Assembly (NCBI GenBank): GCA_041946965.1
Contig: JBHGBM010000017.1
Coordinates: forward strand, 8,534-72,533
Direction: 5' to 3'
Length of the DNA: 64,000 bases
Source: Bryobacteraceae bacterium
GTDB lineage: Bacteria; Acidobacteriota; Terriglobia; Bryobacterales; Bryobacteraceae
The notes below the pieces were generated by a model that was not told the DNA's origin, did no database searches, and worked only from the letters and a program-made list of their open reading frames with translations. The stretch's first letter is position 1. Every line of letters starts with the position of its first letter. The position numbers and the translations under genes are program-made. Below are positions 1-9,600 of this stretch, piece after piece.

Positions 1-720
1 CTGACCAAACCGTTCTTGCAGTTCCGCCAGTTGGGACACACCAGGGAGCGCATCGTCCCGAACCGCGCGGTCTGGGCGGTGACGGGCAACAACGTGGCCG
101 TCTCGCGCGACATGGTGCGCAGGTGCTTCCGAATCAGGATCGATCCGCGCTGCGCTCAGCCGCATCTCCGGAAGAACTTCAAGCACCCGAACCTGGTGCA
201 GTACTGCAAGGCGGAACGTCCCGCGTTGCTCGCGGCGCTGCTGGTACTGATTCGCGCCTGGTACGCGGCGGGTAAGCCCGCGTTCGGCGGCACGGCGCTG
301 GGGACGTACACGGCTTGGAAGGAGATGGTGAGCGGCATCCTCAAGAACGCCGGCTTCGAGGACTTCCTCGGCAACCAGCGCACCCTGTACAGCGAGATGG
401 ACGTCGAGAGCGAGGAGTGGGAGTCGTTTCTGGCGCAAATCCACGAGCGCTTCGTGGCCGTGGAGTTCAGCGTGGCCGACATCGTGTCCATGATCCACGG
501 CGGGACGATTACCACGCTTCCCCGCGAGGTCGCGCGGATCTACGGCCAGTCCACCTCCCACAAGGAGACGAAGCCTAATCCCTTCTTCGCCGTGCAACTC
601 GGCCACATCCTGCGCGCTCATCGGGGGACGCGCTACGGCGAGCAGGAGATGTACCTGGAGCGCGGCACGGAGGACCGGCACCGTAAGGTCGTGCGCTACC
701 GCATCCGCATGGGGCGGTAG
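1..720 (+). CDS. C-terminal part of a P4/D5-type primase-helicase-like replication protein (5' end off-window)
   Basis: Frame 1 is open from base 1 to the stop at 718-720 (track ORF 16..720). The TGNN...RRCFRIRID segment followed by a helical C-terminal region resembles the part downstream of Walker B in phage/plasmid primase-helicases. It lies directly upstream of the iteron-like array. Confidence 0.4.
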   Translation: MTKPFLQFRQLGHTRERIVPNRAVWAVTGNNVAVSRDMVRRCFRIRIDPRCAQPHLRKNFKHPNLVQYCKAERPALLAALLVLIRAWYAAGKPAFGGTALGTYTAWKEMVSGILKNAGFEDFLGNQRTLYSEMDVESEEWESFLAQIHERFVAVEFSVADIVSMIHGGTITTLPREVARIYGQSTSHKETKPNPFFAVQLGHILRAHRGTRYGEQEMYLERGTEDRHRKVVRYRIRMGR

Positions 721-729
721 ACGAAACGG

Positions 730-963
730 TGCGGGCCTGCGGGTACTTGCGGGCATCTGGCGGGTGTGAGCGCGGCCGATACTCGCGGGTCGGCGGGCCT
801 TCTTTTCACATGCTTGCGGGCTCCTGCGGGTATTGCGGGTATTCCCGCGTATCCATGTGTGAAGGATGTGGATATTGTGCGCGCGTGAAAGATAGAGGGG
901 AATATACGCCCCGCGCCATTGAAGGCTGCCGGACCGATACCCGCATCCCCCGCAATACCCGCG
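730..963. repeat. Iteron-like array: direct (T)GCGGG(TAT) copies followed by inverted CCCGC(A/G) copies; putative origin or regulator-binding region
   Basis: TGCGGG occurs at 730, 738, 748, 815, 825 and 834, with variants TGGCGGG at 758, TCGCGGG at 783 and CGGCGGG at 791. Inverted CCCGCG/CCCGCA occurs at 844, 940, 949 and 958, with CCCCGCG at 909. Spacing is mostly 8-10 bp. GCGGG-TATT-CCCGC forms a palindrome at 835-848. Confidence 0.6.
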
Positions 964-1073
964 AGTGGGTCCTTCCGGGCGATTCCCGGCGGCGCGTTAC
1001 GCGATTGCACGATTTCGCCAGCGTCAGCAGAAAAAACAGGTGGTCGGTTGCCACGGAGGGGAGGGTGGAGCAC

Positions 1074-1523
1074 ATGGGCGTCAGCATTCGAAGCTATGCC
1101 AGGCACCGGGGAGTGAGCCATACCGCCGTGCAGAAGGCGATTGCCGCCGGGCGCATCTCGACCTTGCGGGACGGCTCCATCGACGCCACCGCAGCCGACG
1201 TGGAGTGGGAACGCAACACGTTCTACCCGCGGCCCGGCGGCGATAGCGCCGAGTTCAATAAGACGCGTACCGTCCACGAGCACTACCGGGCGCGGCTGGC
1301 GAAACTCGCGTACGAAGAGAAGGTCGGAACGCTGGTGTCGAAGACCGAGGTACAGGCAGCCGCTTTCCGTGAGTACCGCCGGTTCCGCGATCGCGTGCTG
1401 AACATCCCGGATCGCGTCGCGGCGCAATTTGCCGCCGAGACGGACGAGGCCAGGGTGCACGAAATCCTGAAGCAGGAGATTCGGAAGGCGCTGAACGAAT
1501 ACGCCGATGGCGCCAGTTCATGA
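1074..1523 (+). CDS. HTH DNA-binding protein resembling a phage terminase small subunit
   Basis: ATG 1074 is preceded by GGAGGGGAGGGTGGAG. The N-terminus MGVSIRSYARHRGVSHTAVQKAIAAGRI is the HTH typical of small terminase/Nu1-like proteins, and the C-terminal half is coiled-coil. The upstream part of track ORF 729..1523 is the iteron region, not coding. Confidence 0.55.
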   Translation: MGVSIRSYARHRGVSHTAVQKAIAAGRISTLRDGSIDATAADVEWERNTFYPRPGGDSAEFNKTRTVHEHYRARLAKLAYEEKVGTLVSKTEVQAAAFREYRRFRDRVLNIPDRVAAQFAAETDEARVHEILKQEIRKALNEYADGASS

Positions 1524-1654
1524 CCGAGATTCGGGCTATCCGCAGACGCATACGCCGGCCGCCGGTGTGTGGGATGCCCGATTGGGCGCCGGAGCTTTCC
1601 TTCCCTTCACCCGGCGGAGCCGCCTCCCCGCGCGTTCTCCTTCGCGTGCACGGC

Positions 1655-1713
1655 GGCATAGCTTCCGAGGCAGAAAGTTGCACGTGCAACTTTTCATCCG
1701 CCTCGGCTATGCC
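1655..1713. other. Composite palindrome/hairpin (7+7+10 bp arms) with CACGTG core; possible bidirectional terminator or recognition site
   Basis: GGCATAG (1655-1661) pairs with CTATGCC (1707-1713). CCGAGGC (1665-1671) pairs with GCCTCGG (1700-1706). The inner element AAAGTTGCAC/GTGCAACTTT (1674-1693) is a perfect 20-bp palindrome, flanked by A-run and T-run. Confidence 0.5.
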
Positions 1714-1952
1714 CTGCAGCCACGGGACTGCCGCGCTTCGGCCCCACGGAGCCATGGGAACTGCGCATCGAGCAGGATGTTTGCTTCGTGGATCGTCTCC
1801 TCCCGCGGTTCGAAGGTGGCCGGTACGGGAGTGCGCATATCCGTTCGACGCAGCCGCAGATTGCGGGCGCGGGCGCGTCCGCCACGAGCGCCGGCGGCGC
1901 GGCAGGCGGCGGTGGTCAGGTTGAAGTACGGCGAAGTGTGATCCAGGTTCAT
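1707..1952 (-). CDS. Hypothetical small protein (81 aa), divergent from the 2139 operon
   Basis: By hand count, third codon positions are strongly G/C-biased in this frame. The overlapping + ORF 1520..1924 has G/C concentrated at position 2 and is Arg/Pro/Gly-rich, which marks it as a shadow frame. I recognise no family. Confidence 0.3.
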   Translation of the reverse strand: MNLDHTSPYFNLTTAACRAAGARGGRARARNLRLRRTDMRTPVPATFEPREETIHEANILLDAQFPWLRGAEARQSRGCRA

Positions 1953-2006
1953 GCCCCTTGATTCATTGATCGGGTCGGCCCGAACCTCAAGGGCGAACTG
2001 CGCCCA

Positions 2007-2075
2007 CTATCACCCTCTGTGATAGTCAACAGCCTCGCCGTCCGTTCGAAGCGCGGCTATCACCCTTTGTGATAG
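2007..2075. promoter_or_regulatory. Two copies of a palindromic operator CTATCAC-N5-GTGATAG spaced 50 bp apart
   Basis: Site 1 is 2007-2025 (ctatcaccctctgtgatag) and site 2 is 2057-2075 (ctatcaccctttgtgatag). Both are followed by YCAAC. They lie between the divergent ORFs at 1707-1952(-) and 2139(+). Confidence 0.6.
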
Positions 2076-2138
2076 CCAACGCCGCGTCCGGCAGTTCAGA
2101 TTTCGCGGTTGTTTCAAATCCAAGCAAAGGAGTAGATC

Positions 2139-2837
2139 GTGCTCTACAAGAAGAACGCACCCATTCCGATCGCGTCCGCCACGGTACTGTCCGAACCGTT
2201 GCAGGCGGCCGCTGATCGGGTTGACGAGAAGGTGAACGAGCGCCGCCACGTGGACGAGGTAATCGCGGCCACTGAGAAGGCGCTGAACGAAGCTCGCCAG
2301 GAGGCCGCGGACGTTCGGGGTCAGATGGCGCAGGCGGAAAGCGCCGCCGCCCTCGGGGGCGGCGAAGGTGACCGGGCCCTGCGCCGGCGTCATGCGACGT
2401 GCCGGGATGCTGTTGAAGTCATCGAAGCCCGGCTGGAAGGTCTCCACCAGAAACGTCTGGAGGCCCTCCAGGCCGAAAACCGGGCGCACCGGGATCTGGC
2501 GCGCGAATACGACGCCTGGCGCCGCGAGCAGTGCAGCGTCATCCGGGCCGATATGGAACAAGCCGTCCGGCGCTGCGTGGCCGAACTGACCCGGCTCTAC
2601 GCCGCGGCAACCGCGGTGGGCGACAGCAGGACCACCGGAACGATCGGCAACATGCAGGTCTACTTGCCGGGCGAGCAGCGCAACCTCTGCAACCGGCAGC
2701 GGCTGAACTGGAAAAGCGACCCGGCGGCCATGGAGGTTTACACCAAACTTTCGAACGTGCGTGCCGCCATCATCCCGAAGCTGGCCGAACTGGCAGATGC
2801 ACCCCCGCCGATGGAGCGCACCGATGACGCTGCGTGA
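2139..2837 (+). CDS. Hypothetical protein, coiled-coil rich (232 aa)
   Basis: GTG start at 2139 with AAGGAG 8 nt upstream; the frame is long and coherent. No family recognised. Confidence 0.6.
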   Translation: MLYKKNAPIPIASATVLSEPLQAAADRVDEKVNERRHVDEVIAATEKALNEARQEAADVRGQMAQAESAAALGGGEGDRALRRRHATCRDAVEVIEARLEGLHQKRLEALQAENRAHRDLAREYDAWRREQCSVIRADMEQAVRRCVAELTRLYAAATAVGDSRTTGTIGNMQVYLPGEQRNLCNRQRLNWKSDPAAMEVYTKLSNVRAAIIPKLAELADAPPPMERTDDAA

Positions 2838-3021
2838 ACGCCTCGAACGAAGCGCGGACCCCATTGCCGCCAGAAGACTGCTTGAGCGCCGTCCGGCCCT
2901 CCGGGGCCGGCGGCGCATCTCGGCCCGCCTGGTGCCGCCCGGCGAGGACTTCCGGCACTGGGCCCTGCGCCAGGGTTGTAGCGATCTCGCCGATCGCATC
3001 AACGATCAGGTTCAGCAATAG
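2824..3021 (+). CDS. Hypothetical small protein (65 aa)
   Basis: ATG 2824 overlaps the 3' end of the preceding gene (stop at 2835-2837) by 14 nt, consistent with translational coupling. It lies in frame within track ORF 2761..3021. Confidence 0.4.
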   Translation: MTLRERLERSADPIAARRLLERRPALRGRRRISARLVPPGEDFRHWALRQGCSDLADRINDQVQQ

Positions 3022-3030
3022 GAGGAAAGA

Positions 3031-3363
3031 ATGTACACCGAATATCCCGACGAGTTCTACACGCTGGTCGACCAGTACGTCGGCCGCTATGGCGGGCGCC
3101 CCGAAGCCGCCGACGCGGTTCGGCGGGCCCGGCCCGATCTGCGTCCCGCCCCGGCGACCCGGAACGTCCCGTCGCCCGGCCCTCACGCGGCGATCATGAC
3201 CGGCAGCGCCGAGCGCCAGTTGGACGCGCTTGCGAGACGGATCGCGGCCGAACGGCGGATCACCTACGCCCAGGCGTATGTGGAGGCCCTGCATGCGCAG
3301 CCCGCGCTGTACGCGCAGTATTTAAACGAGCACGAAGCGGCGATGGGCACCCGCCGTGGCTGA
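3031..3363 (+). CDS. Hypothetical protein (110 aa)
   Basis: ATG 3031 is preceded by AGGAGGAAAGA. No family recognised. Confidence 0.55.
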   Translation: MYTEYPDEFYTLVDQYVGRYGGRPEAADAVRRARPDLRPAPATRNVPSPGPHAAIMTGSAERQLDALARRIAAERRITYAQAYVEALHAQPALYAQYLNEHEAAMGTRRG

Positions 3364-3580
3364 GTTCATCACCCCCTCCACCATGACGAAGTTCGAAGGC
3401 ACGCCCGTCCGTGCCCTCGACCAGGACGACCTTGTGTTCCTGGCACGGCGATGCCAGCGTCATCCGCGATGGGCCCTATGCTGGAGGGCGAACCCCGCCG
3501 CCGTGCGGGTATGTGCCGGCGATACGGCGCACACTGTTGTCGTCTGCACGTCCTTCGCCGGCAATTCGGAGGGTGCCTGA
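3356..3580 (+). CDS. Hypothetical small Cys-containing protein (74 aa)
   Basis: GTG 3356 overlaps the previous stop by 8 nt, and G/C is biased to codon position 3. ATG 3383 is an alternative start. Confidence 0.4.
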   Translation: MAEFITPSTMTKFEGTPVRALDQDDLVFLARRCQRHPRWALCWRANPAAVRVCAGDTAHTVVVCTSFAGNSEGA

Positions 3581-3722
3581 GCAAGCGGTCGGAGCTCATC
3601 GTTCGCGCTTCGGAACGTTGCTGGGCAGATCGGGACCTGGAACTGCTGAAATCAGATATGATTACGGGTCTCGGTTATTTCGTGGTGCTTGTACGGACGA
3701 AGTTACGAATATAGGAGGCAGC

Positions 3723-5246
3723 GTGCCAGATCCACTAACGTTCGAGGTCTTAAAGGAGGCAGTCGCTGGCGGCTCGGCTGCGTTTCGTTGTCGAACGAAG
3801 CTCGGTGCCATTGGAGAAGATGGCGATAAGGTCTTCCCCAGTACTTATGCCGGGGGCGTGTATGCCGTCGAGGATCGACGCATCGATGGCCGCATCGTTC
3901 GTTGCGTGGTCCTCGATAGTGTTCAGAGCCAGGCGAACCGCATGGAAGAACTCCTGCAGGAAGCGTTCCTTCCCAACTGGAGGGAAATGCCGACCGACGG
4001 AGATCCTTCCGATTGCGATCTGCCAATCGTCGCCGTCCATGTCGGGCGTCACGGCTGGATCACGTCTCTGACCGCACCGCATCGCATCCATGACGCGATT
4101 CTGCGCGATAGTGAACTCAACAGGACACGATTTCGAGATTCCGCTATAGGACAGGCAATCGTCGCGGCCCGCCTGCATAACGCGACGGCGTTTTACCGGT
4201 TCTGCCCCACAAGCCTGATCTTCGGGACCTGGGACTCGACAGCTGGCGAAGGCCTGGAGTCCGCCAAGATCCCAAGGGCCGTGGTTTCGGAAATCGTCGG
4301 CATCGATATCACACCAGGGGTGCGTACGGCCAGCCGTATCGACCCACTGGGGATCGAGCGCATGGAGACGACGTTCTATCGAAGAGGGAAATCAGGCTGG
4401 ACGTTCGAGGAGTCGGAAGCCGACAAAAAATACAAAAAGGGAAAAGGGTGGACCGAAGACATCAACCAAGCCGACAAGGATCCGAGCGGGAAACCAATAG
4501 AAACGAAGCCGATCATCTGGGGGACGAAGCCGTCAGATATCAATCACGGCAACGTGGTGCCCAATATTCCCCGCTTCGAACAGAAAGAGGTCCGAGACAA
4601 CAACCTCGGGAGGCTTACGGACATTCTGGAGTCGAATTCCCTCAGGCTGCGGGTGGACTTGGATTCCGCTGATAGCCGCCTGGAGAGCCACACGGCGTTT
4701 GATAGCGACAGGATGAGAATTCGCCCAGGCGCCATTAAGCCGGGTGGAGTAACCATGGCGTATGCTCTCCATACGTGGACTCTGTCGCTGACCCAGTTGC
4801 GGCGATTGCGGTTTCCGCTAGACCAGTCGAAGGCGAATGAGGCCGAACAGCGCAACTGTGCAGCACGAACCGTTCTCGCCAGTTTGGCGATTTACGGCTT
4901 GGCGCTACAACAAGAGCAGGGCTACTGGTTGCGTTCGCGATGCGAACTCATTCCGATTGCTGCCAAGGAGGGCAACGGTGCAGTGCTCCAGTTGATCAAC
5001 GCCGATGGCACCACTGCCGATTTCCAGGTCCCTACCATCTTGGCCGCGAAGCAATTGTTCGAGAAGGCCGTCCATGAGGCCGAAAGCGAGTCCAACGCAT
5101 CAGCCATCCACTGGGAAAAGCAGATCATCCGACTGACGCCGTCACCGCAATTGAAAAAACTCGTAGAGATGAGCGAAAAGCGTCAGCCGACGGGAGGTGA
5201 AGAGGAAGAAGTCGCGGTGGCCGACGATGCTGGCGATCAAAATTGA
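3723..5246 (+). CDS. csb1: Type I-G/I-U Cas7-like protein (Csb1 / GSU0053 family), unusually long (507 aa)
   Basis: GTG 3723 has AGGAGG 5 nt upstream. KVFPSTYAGGVYAVEDRRIDG...VVLDSVQSQANRMEELL matches the Csb1/Cas7u signature as I remember it (VFPPTY...LDSVQSQANR.E). The track ORF 3411 start is an upstream extension. Confidence 0.75.
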   Translation: MPDPLTFEVLKEAVAGGSAAFRCRTKLGAIGEDGDKVFPSTYAGGVYAVEDRRIDGRIVRCVVLDSVQSQANRMEELLQEAFLPNWREMPTDGDPSDCDLPIVAVHVGRHGWITSLTAPHRIHDAILRDSELNRTRFRDSAIGQAIVAARLHNATAFYRFCPTSLIFGTWDSTAGEGLESAKIPRAVVSEIVGIDITPGVRTASRIDPLGIERMETTFYRRGKSGWTFEESEADKKYKKGKGWTEDINQADKDPSGKPIETKPIIWGTKPSDINHGNVVPNIPRFEQKEVRDNNLGRLTDILESNSLRLRVDLDSADSRLESHTAFDSDRMRIRPGAIKPGGVTMAYALHTWTLSLTQLRRLRFPLDQSKANEAEQRNCAARTVLASLAIYGLALQQEQGYWLRSRCELIPIAAKEGNGAVLQLINADGTTADFQVPTILAAKQLFEKAVHEAESESNASAIHWEKQIIRLTPSPQLKKLVEMSEKRQPTGGEEEEVAVADDAGDQN

Positions 5247-6675
5247 GTATCTCACCGGCGTGTGCATGGCGACACGCCACAATGATCCCAGCCGCTCCAG
5301 TCCCGAGTGGCCGCCCCATCCTGACCGACTGTTCTCGGCACTCGTGGCCGCGGCCGGTAGCATGAGCGCTCCTGACCTGGAGCCGCCTGACCTCGCTAGA
5401 CGTGCATTGAAGTGGCTGTTGGAGCCATACCCAACGGGTGCTGGTGGCGCGCCACAACTTTGGGCATCCGAGGCCCGGGTTCGTTCGGCGCCCGACGTGC
5501 ATCTGCCTGCCAATCCACATCCGGATGAGAGAACCGTCTTCGGGATGTTGCCGGTGTATCGCAAAAAGGCGGCTCTTCCGGTCCCCGCCGTTATACCCGA
5601 CGAACCGGTAGTGTATTTCATTTGGCCACATGCCGAACCCGCCCTACACCTTGATGAGCTTCGAGCGATTTGTGACCGCGTCACGTATCTAGGCCGCTCG
5701 CGTTCACTCGTTCGCGCCTCGATCGCTGAAGACCCGCCGGCGCCCAGCTACGTTCCAGGTGAGCCGGCGGACCTTGAACTCCGTGTACCGGATTCCAACC
5801 GACTTGAATACCTGCTCAACAAGTATGAGCGCGACGGCGGAAAACCTGTTCCGTCCTTGCCAAAACCGTATCGCCGGACCGACCGGCAACTTCATACGGA
5901 GAAGCCCGTTGACAGCGTATTTGAGCGCTTTTGGGTGTTCCGGCCTCGTCGAGGAGACCCGCCGTTGCCTCTTGTGTCGACGCTGAGGTTGACCCAAGCG
6001 CTACGGAGGGCTCTGATCGCCGCAATTGAGGAGGACCAACGATCGCGCGGCATCGATCCACACGTGCCCGAGATCGTCCACGGGCATGGCAAGCACCCAC
6101 ACTGTGCCTATGTCGCCTTGCCCTTCGTTGATCCGCGCCAAAGGCGGGCCGACGGGATGATCAAGGGTGTTGCGTTGGTGTTGCCCCGCCGCATCGAGAC
6201 AGCAACTCTCCATGAGATTGCTCGAGGACTGATGTGGCTGCAGCGGAACGGACTCGTCATACCTGAAGTTGGTACCTGGCATATCGAAGAGGTTCCGCCC
6301 GATGATGCTCCGATCACAACTCTCGACCCACGCACATGGACAAACGCGGCGTGGGTTTGGACGACGGCGACGCCTATGGTGTTCGGCCACTACCCAAAAC
6401 CAAACCGCGGTGGAGAGGCAAGGGTCATTCTCGACAGTCTGAACATGATCGGTGTCGATCCCGAGCGTGTTATCGAAATCGGCGTGGGACGGCATTCCCC
6501 TCTTCACGGTGCAGCCCCGAGTTGGTGCTTCAAACCGCGTCAGGAGACAAACGACGGCTCGAAGCTCTGGCTGCGTCATGTAACGCTGCGATTCGACCGG
6601 CCGCTGTGTGGACCAATCGTTCTGGGGCGCACCCGCTATTTCGGGCTCGGGCTGATGCGACCCATGGGAGTTTGA
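5227..6675 (+). CDS. csb2: Type I-G/I-U Cas5/Cas6-fusion-like protein (Csb2 / GSU0054 family)
   Basis: The N-terminus MLAIKIEYLTGVCMATRHNDPSRSSPEWPPHPDRLFSALVAAAG matches the Csb2 signature (..L.GRY.AT....AEWPPHPARLFSALVAA). ATG 5227 overlaps the cas7-like gene by 20 nt. GTG 5197 is an alternative start. Confidence 0.75.
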   Translation: MLAIKIEYLTGVCMATRHNDPSRSSPEWPPHPDRLFSALVAAAGSMSAPDLEPPDLARRALKWLLEPYPTGAGGAPQLWASEARVRSAPDVHLPANPHPDERTVFGMLPVYRKKAALPVPAVIPDEPVVYFIWPHAEPALHLDELRAICDRVTYLGRSRSLVRASIAEDPPAPSYVPGEPADLELRVPDSNRLEYLLNKYERDGGKPVPSLPKPYRRTDRQLHTEKPVDSVFERFWVFRPRRGDPPLPLVSTLRLTQALRRALIAAIEEDQRSRGIDPHVPEIVHGHGKHPHCAYVALPFVDPRQRRADGMIKGVALVLPRRIETATLHEIARGLMWLQRNGLVIPEVGTWHIEEVPPDDAPITTLDPRTWTNAAWVWTTATPMVFGHYPKPNRGGEARVILDSLNMIGVDPERVIEIGVGRHSPLHGAAPSWCFKPRQETNDGSKLWLRHVTLRFDRPLCGPIVLGRTRYFGLGLMRPMGV

Positions 6676-6677
6676 TA

Positions 6678-9600
6678 ATGCCGGATCTTGAAGCCGTGCA
6701 GTTCGCGGATTTCTATGAGGCTGTGCACGGCTACGAGCCGTTCGAATGGCAGAAGCGGCTGGCTAAAGACATTCTTGAACACCACAACTGGCGCGATGTT
6801 CGCGTTCCGACCGGATGCGGCAAGACAAGCGTGCTGGATATCGCCCTATTCGAACTTGCCCTCCAGGCTGACTTGGCTCCCGAAAACCGGACAGCCTCTC
6901 GTCGCATCTGTTTCGTGATAGACCGCCGCCTGGTTGTGGACGAGGTTACTGAACACGCGATGGAAATCCGCCGTGCTCTCGGAGAAGCGAGAGCCGGCCG
7001 ACGGCAGGAGACAGTTCTTTGTACCGTGTCTCAGCGGCTCACGAAAATCTCAGCCGACCGGGACCAAGTGCTGCGCGTCGTCCGGCTGCGAGGCGGGGTG
7101 TATCGGGACGACGGGTGGGCGGCAGATCCACTCACGCCGACGGTCATCATCTCGACCGTGGACCAGATAGGATCCCGTCTTCTGTTCCGCGGATACGGTG
7201 TGAGCCCACGCAGTCGCTCTGTCCAGGCTGGTCTGCTGGGCTTCGACACCCGCATCATTTTGGATGAGGCTCACCTGGCGAGTGTCTTCGCGACTTCGCT
7301 GCAACACGTGCGCAGTTACCAAACTGATGCGAAGCGTCCGCCCCTTGGCCGTCAACGCGGCGTAAGCCTTGTTCGGATGTCGGCGACTGTGCACGAGAAA
7401 GATTGCTTCGAGCTCACGCGGGAAGAGCGAAAGGACAGGCGACTAGCGGCTCGGCTCAATGCCCATAAATGTGCCGAGTTGATCACGGTCAACGTGGAAT
7501 CGATCAGCAAGGACGAGCGAAAGAAGCAGCCACGCAAAGCCAAGGAGGTAGAGGCCAAGAATCGGCAGCACTTCGGCACCAGTGTCGCCGCTCTTGCGGA
7601 AACGTTCGCTTACGAAGATCCAGGGAAGCAAACTGGGCCTCGTGTTATCGGCGTGGTCGTGAACCGCGTTTCGACTGCCAGGACCGTGTTTGCCCGTTTA
7701 AGCACCACGAGAGGCGGGTACGCGCGCGACGTGATCCTTCTCACCGGCCGAATTCGGCCTTTCGATCGAGACCGGCTACTTCAGCTTTGGTTGCCCAAGA
7801 TCCGCGCAGGCCGCAACACTGATTTGAACAGACCGTTGTTCGTCGTCGGTACACAGACAGTGGAGGTCGGCGCGAATCTCGATTTCGACGCTCTTGTGAC
7901 CGAGGCGGCACCGTTGGATGCCTTGCGCCAACGGTTCGGCCGACTGGACCGTCTCGGCAGGCGACACGAACGTGGCTTGGCCTCCCCGGCGGCGATCGTC
8001 ATTCGGAGCGATCAGAAAAGCAGTGCGTTTGACGATCCGGTCTATGGCACCGAAACCGCAGAGACCTGGAGGTGGCTTAACAGCAAGGAGGTTCTCGGGA
8101 AGGCGAAACGCATCGATTTCGGCGTGAACCACCTCGATCCGAAGCTCAGCAAGTTACAGCCGCCAATTTCGCCGGGCATCATGGCACCTTTGCTGTTCCC
8201 ATCTCATCTCGACGCGTGGGCGCAAACCAACCCGGAGCCGGATCCGGATCCCGACCTGGAGCCGTTCCTGCACGGTACTGCAGGATCTGCTGCTGACGTC
8301 CAGATCGTCTGGCGAGCGGATCTTATCGACAGCAACGAGCTCCAATGGCGAGAAATCGTCGCTCTCATGCCACCACGCACCCGCGAGTCGCTGCCGGTTC
8401 CGGTCTACGAAGTGCGGAGTTGGCTGCGTAAGCAAGCCGCAGGCGAGATTGCGGATCTTGAAGGGGGCGCGTTCGACGTATCGGCTGAAATGGGTGCGCC
8501 ATATCGTCGCGTGCTGCGATGGTTCGGTTCCGATGATAGTCGTACCCGTCTTGCCGGTCCCGATCAAGTGAGGCCGGGCGATACAATCGTCGTTCCGGCA
8601 AGCTACGGTGGCGCGGACACTTTCGGCTGGAATCCTGAATTCAGTGAGGCTGTTTCGGACGTGGCCGAACCTTGTCTCGTGCAACTCGTTAACTCCTATC
8701 CGAAAACCGCTCTAAGGCGTCCGAGAGTTCGGCTCCGGTTGCATCCACACCTTCTCCCCAGCGCTAAAGAATTGCCGCTTGACCGAGTTCGCGGATTCTT
8801 TCGCGCCGCCGTGGATGCGGTCCGAGCGCACGACCAAGACTCTTGGCCTGCAATTGAACGGATCTTGCGTGCCATTCGGCCTTATGTGAGGGAGGCGGAA
8901 CGCGCAGCGGCTATCGATGCAATCCTACAGGCAAAGGATCGACCACAGGTCCGTCTTTACCCGCAGCAGGATGCTTTCGTGTTGACCGCTGATGTACGAC
9001 TTCCCCTCGCCGCGCCCGAAGCTCCGGCATCAGAGAATGCGGAGTTTGAGGAACCCGAAGACGACGAGATGTCGTTCAGATCCGACGGCCACCCGATTAC
9101 ACTCCTGAAGCATACGGCTGCTGTGCGAAAGAGTTGTGCCAAATTCGCCCGAGCGTGCGGGCTGGAAAAGGAGGTGCGCCGCGCTCTACTGCTCGCAGCC
9201 TCCTGGCACGACGTGGGAAAGCGCGATGCGCGATTCCAGGCATGGCTTCACGGCAGCGAGGTAAAGGCCCTCGTGGCACTTGCAGGCGATGAGCCACTGG
9301 CAAAGTCTGGCCGCGATCCGCGGAACTGGAAATCTTCTGAGGTATTTGGGTATCCGAAGGGTTTGCGCCATGAGTTCGTTTCGGTGCGTCTGCTGGAGCA
9401 GGCGGTTGGCCTACGGTGTTCTGACCCTGACCTCGCGAGGCTCCTGGTCGGCACCCACCACGGCTATGGGCGAGCATTCGCGCCGGCAACTGAGGATAGG
9501 AAACCAGTCGAGGTGTCTGTTCGTGTGAACGGAAACCTGATCGCCGTCTCGACTGACCACCGACTCTACCGTGCTGATAGCGGTTGGACGGATCTGTTCT

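Noticed and set aside
1520-1924. ORF overlapping the small-terminase-like gene stop (ATGA), which could have been a terminase large subunit
   Set aside because: The product is Arg/Pro/Gly/Ala-rich low complexity. G/C is concentrated at codon position 2, which is typical of a shadow of the opposite-strand frame. The ORF spans the 59-bp palindrome, and it is far too short for a TerL with no ATPase motifs.
3411-3722. N-terminal extensions suggested by the track for the cas7-like (3411), cas3 (6336), cas8-like (9584), TBDR (12288) and sulfatase (to 24157) ORFs
   Set aside because: The extensions are Arg/Pro-rich, overlap upstream genes or non-coding repeats, and lack RBSs. Internal starts with SD sequences, family-typical N-termini or signal peptides fit better.
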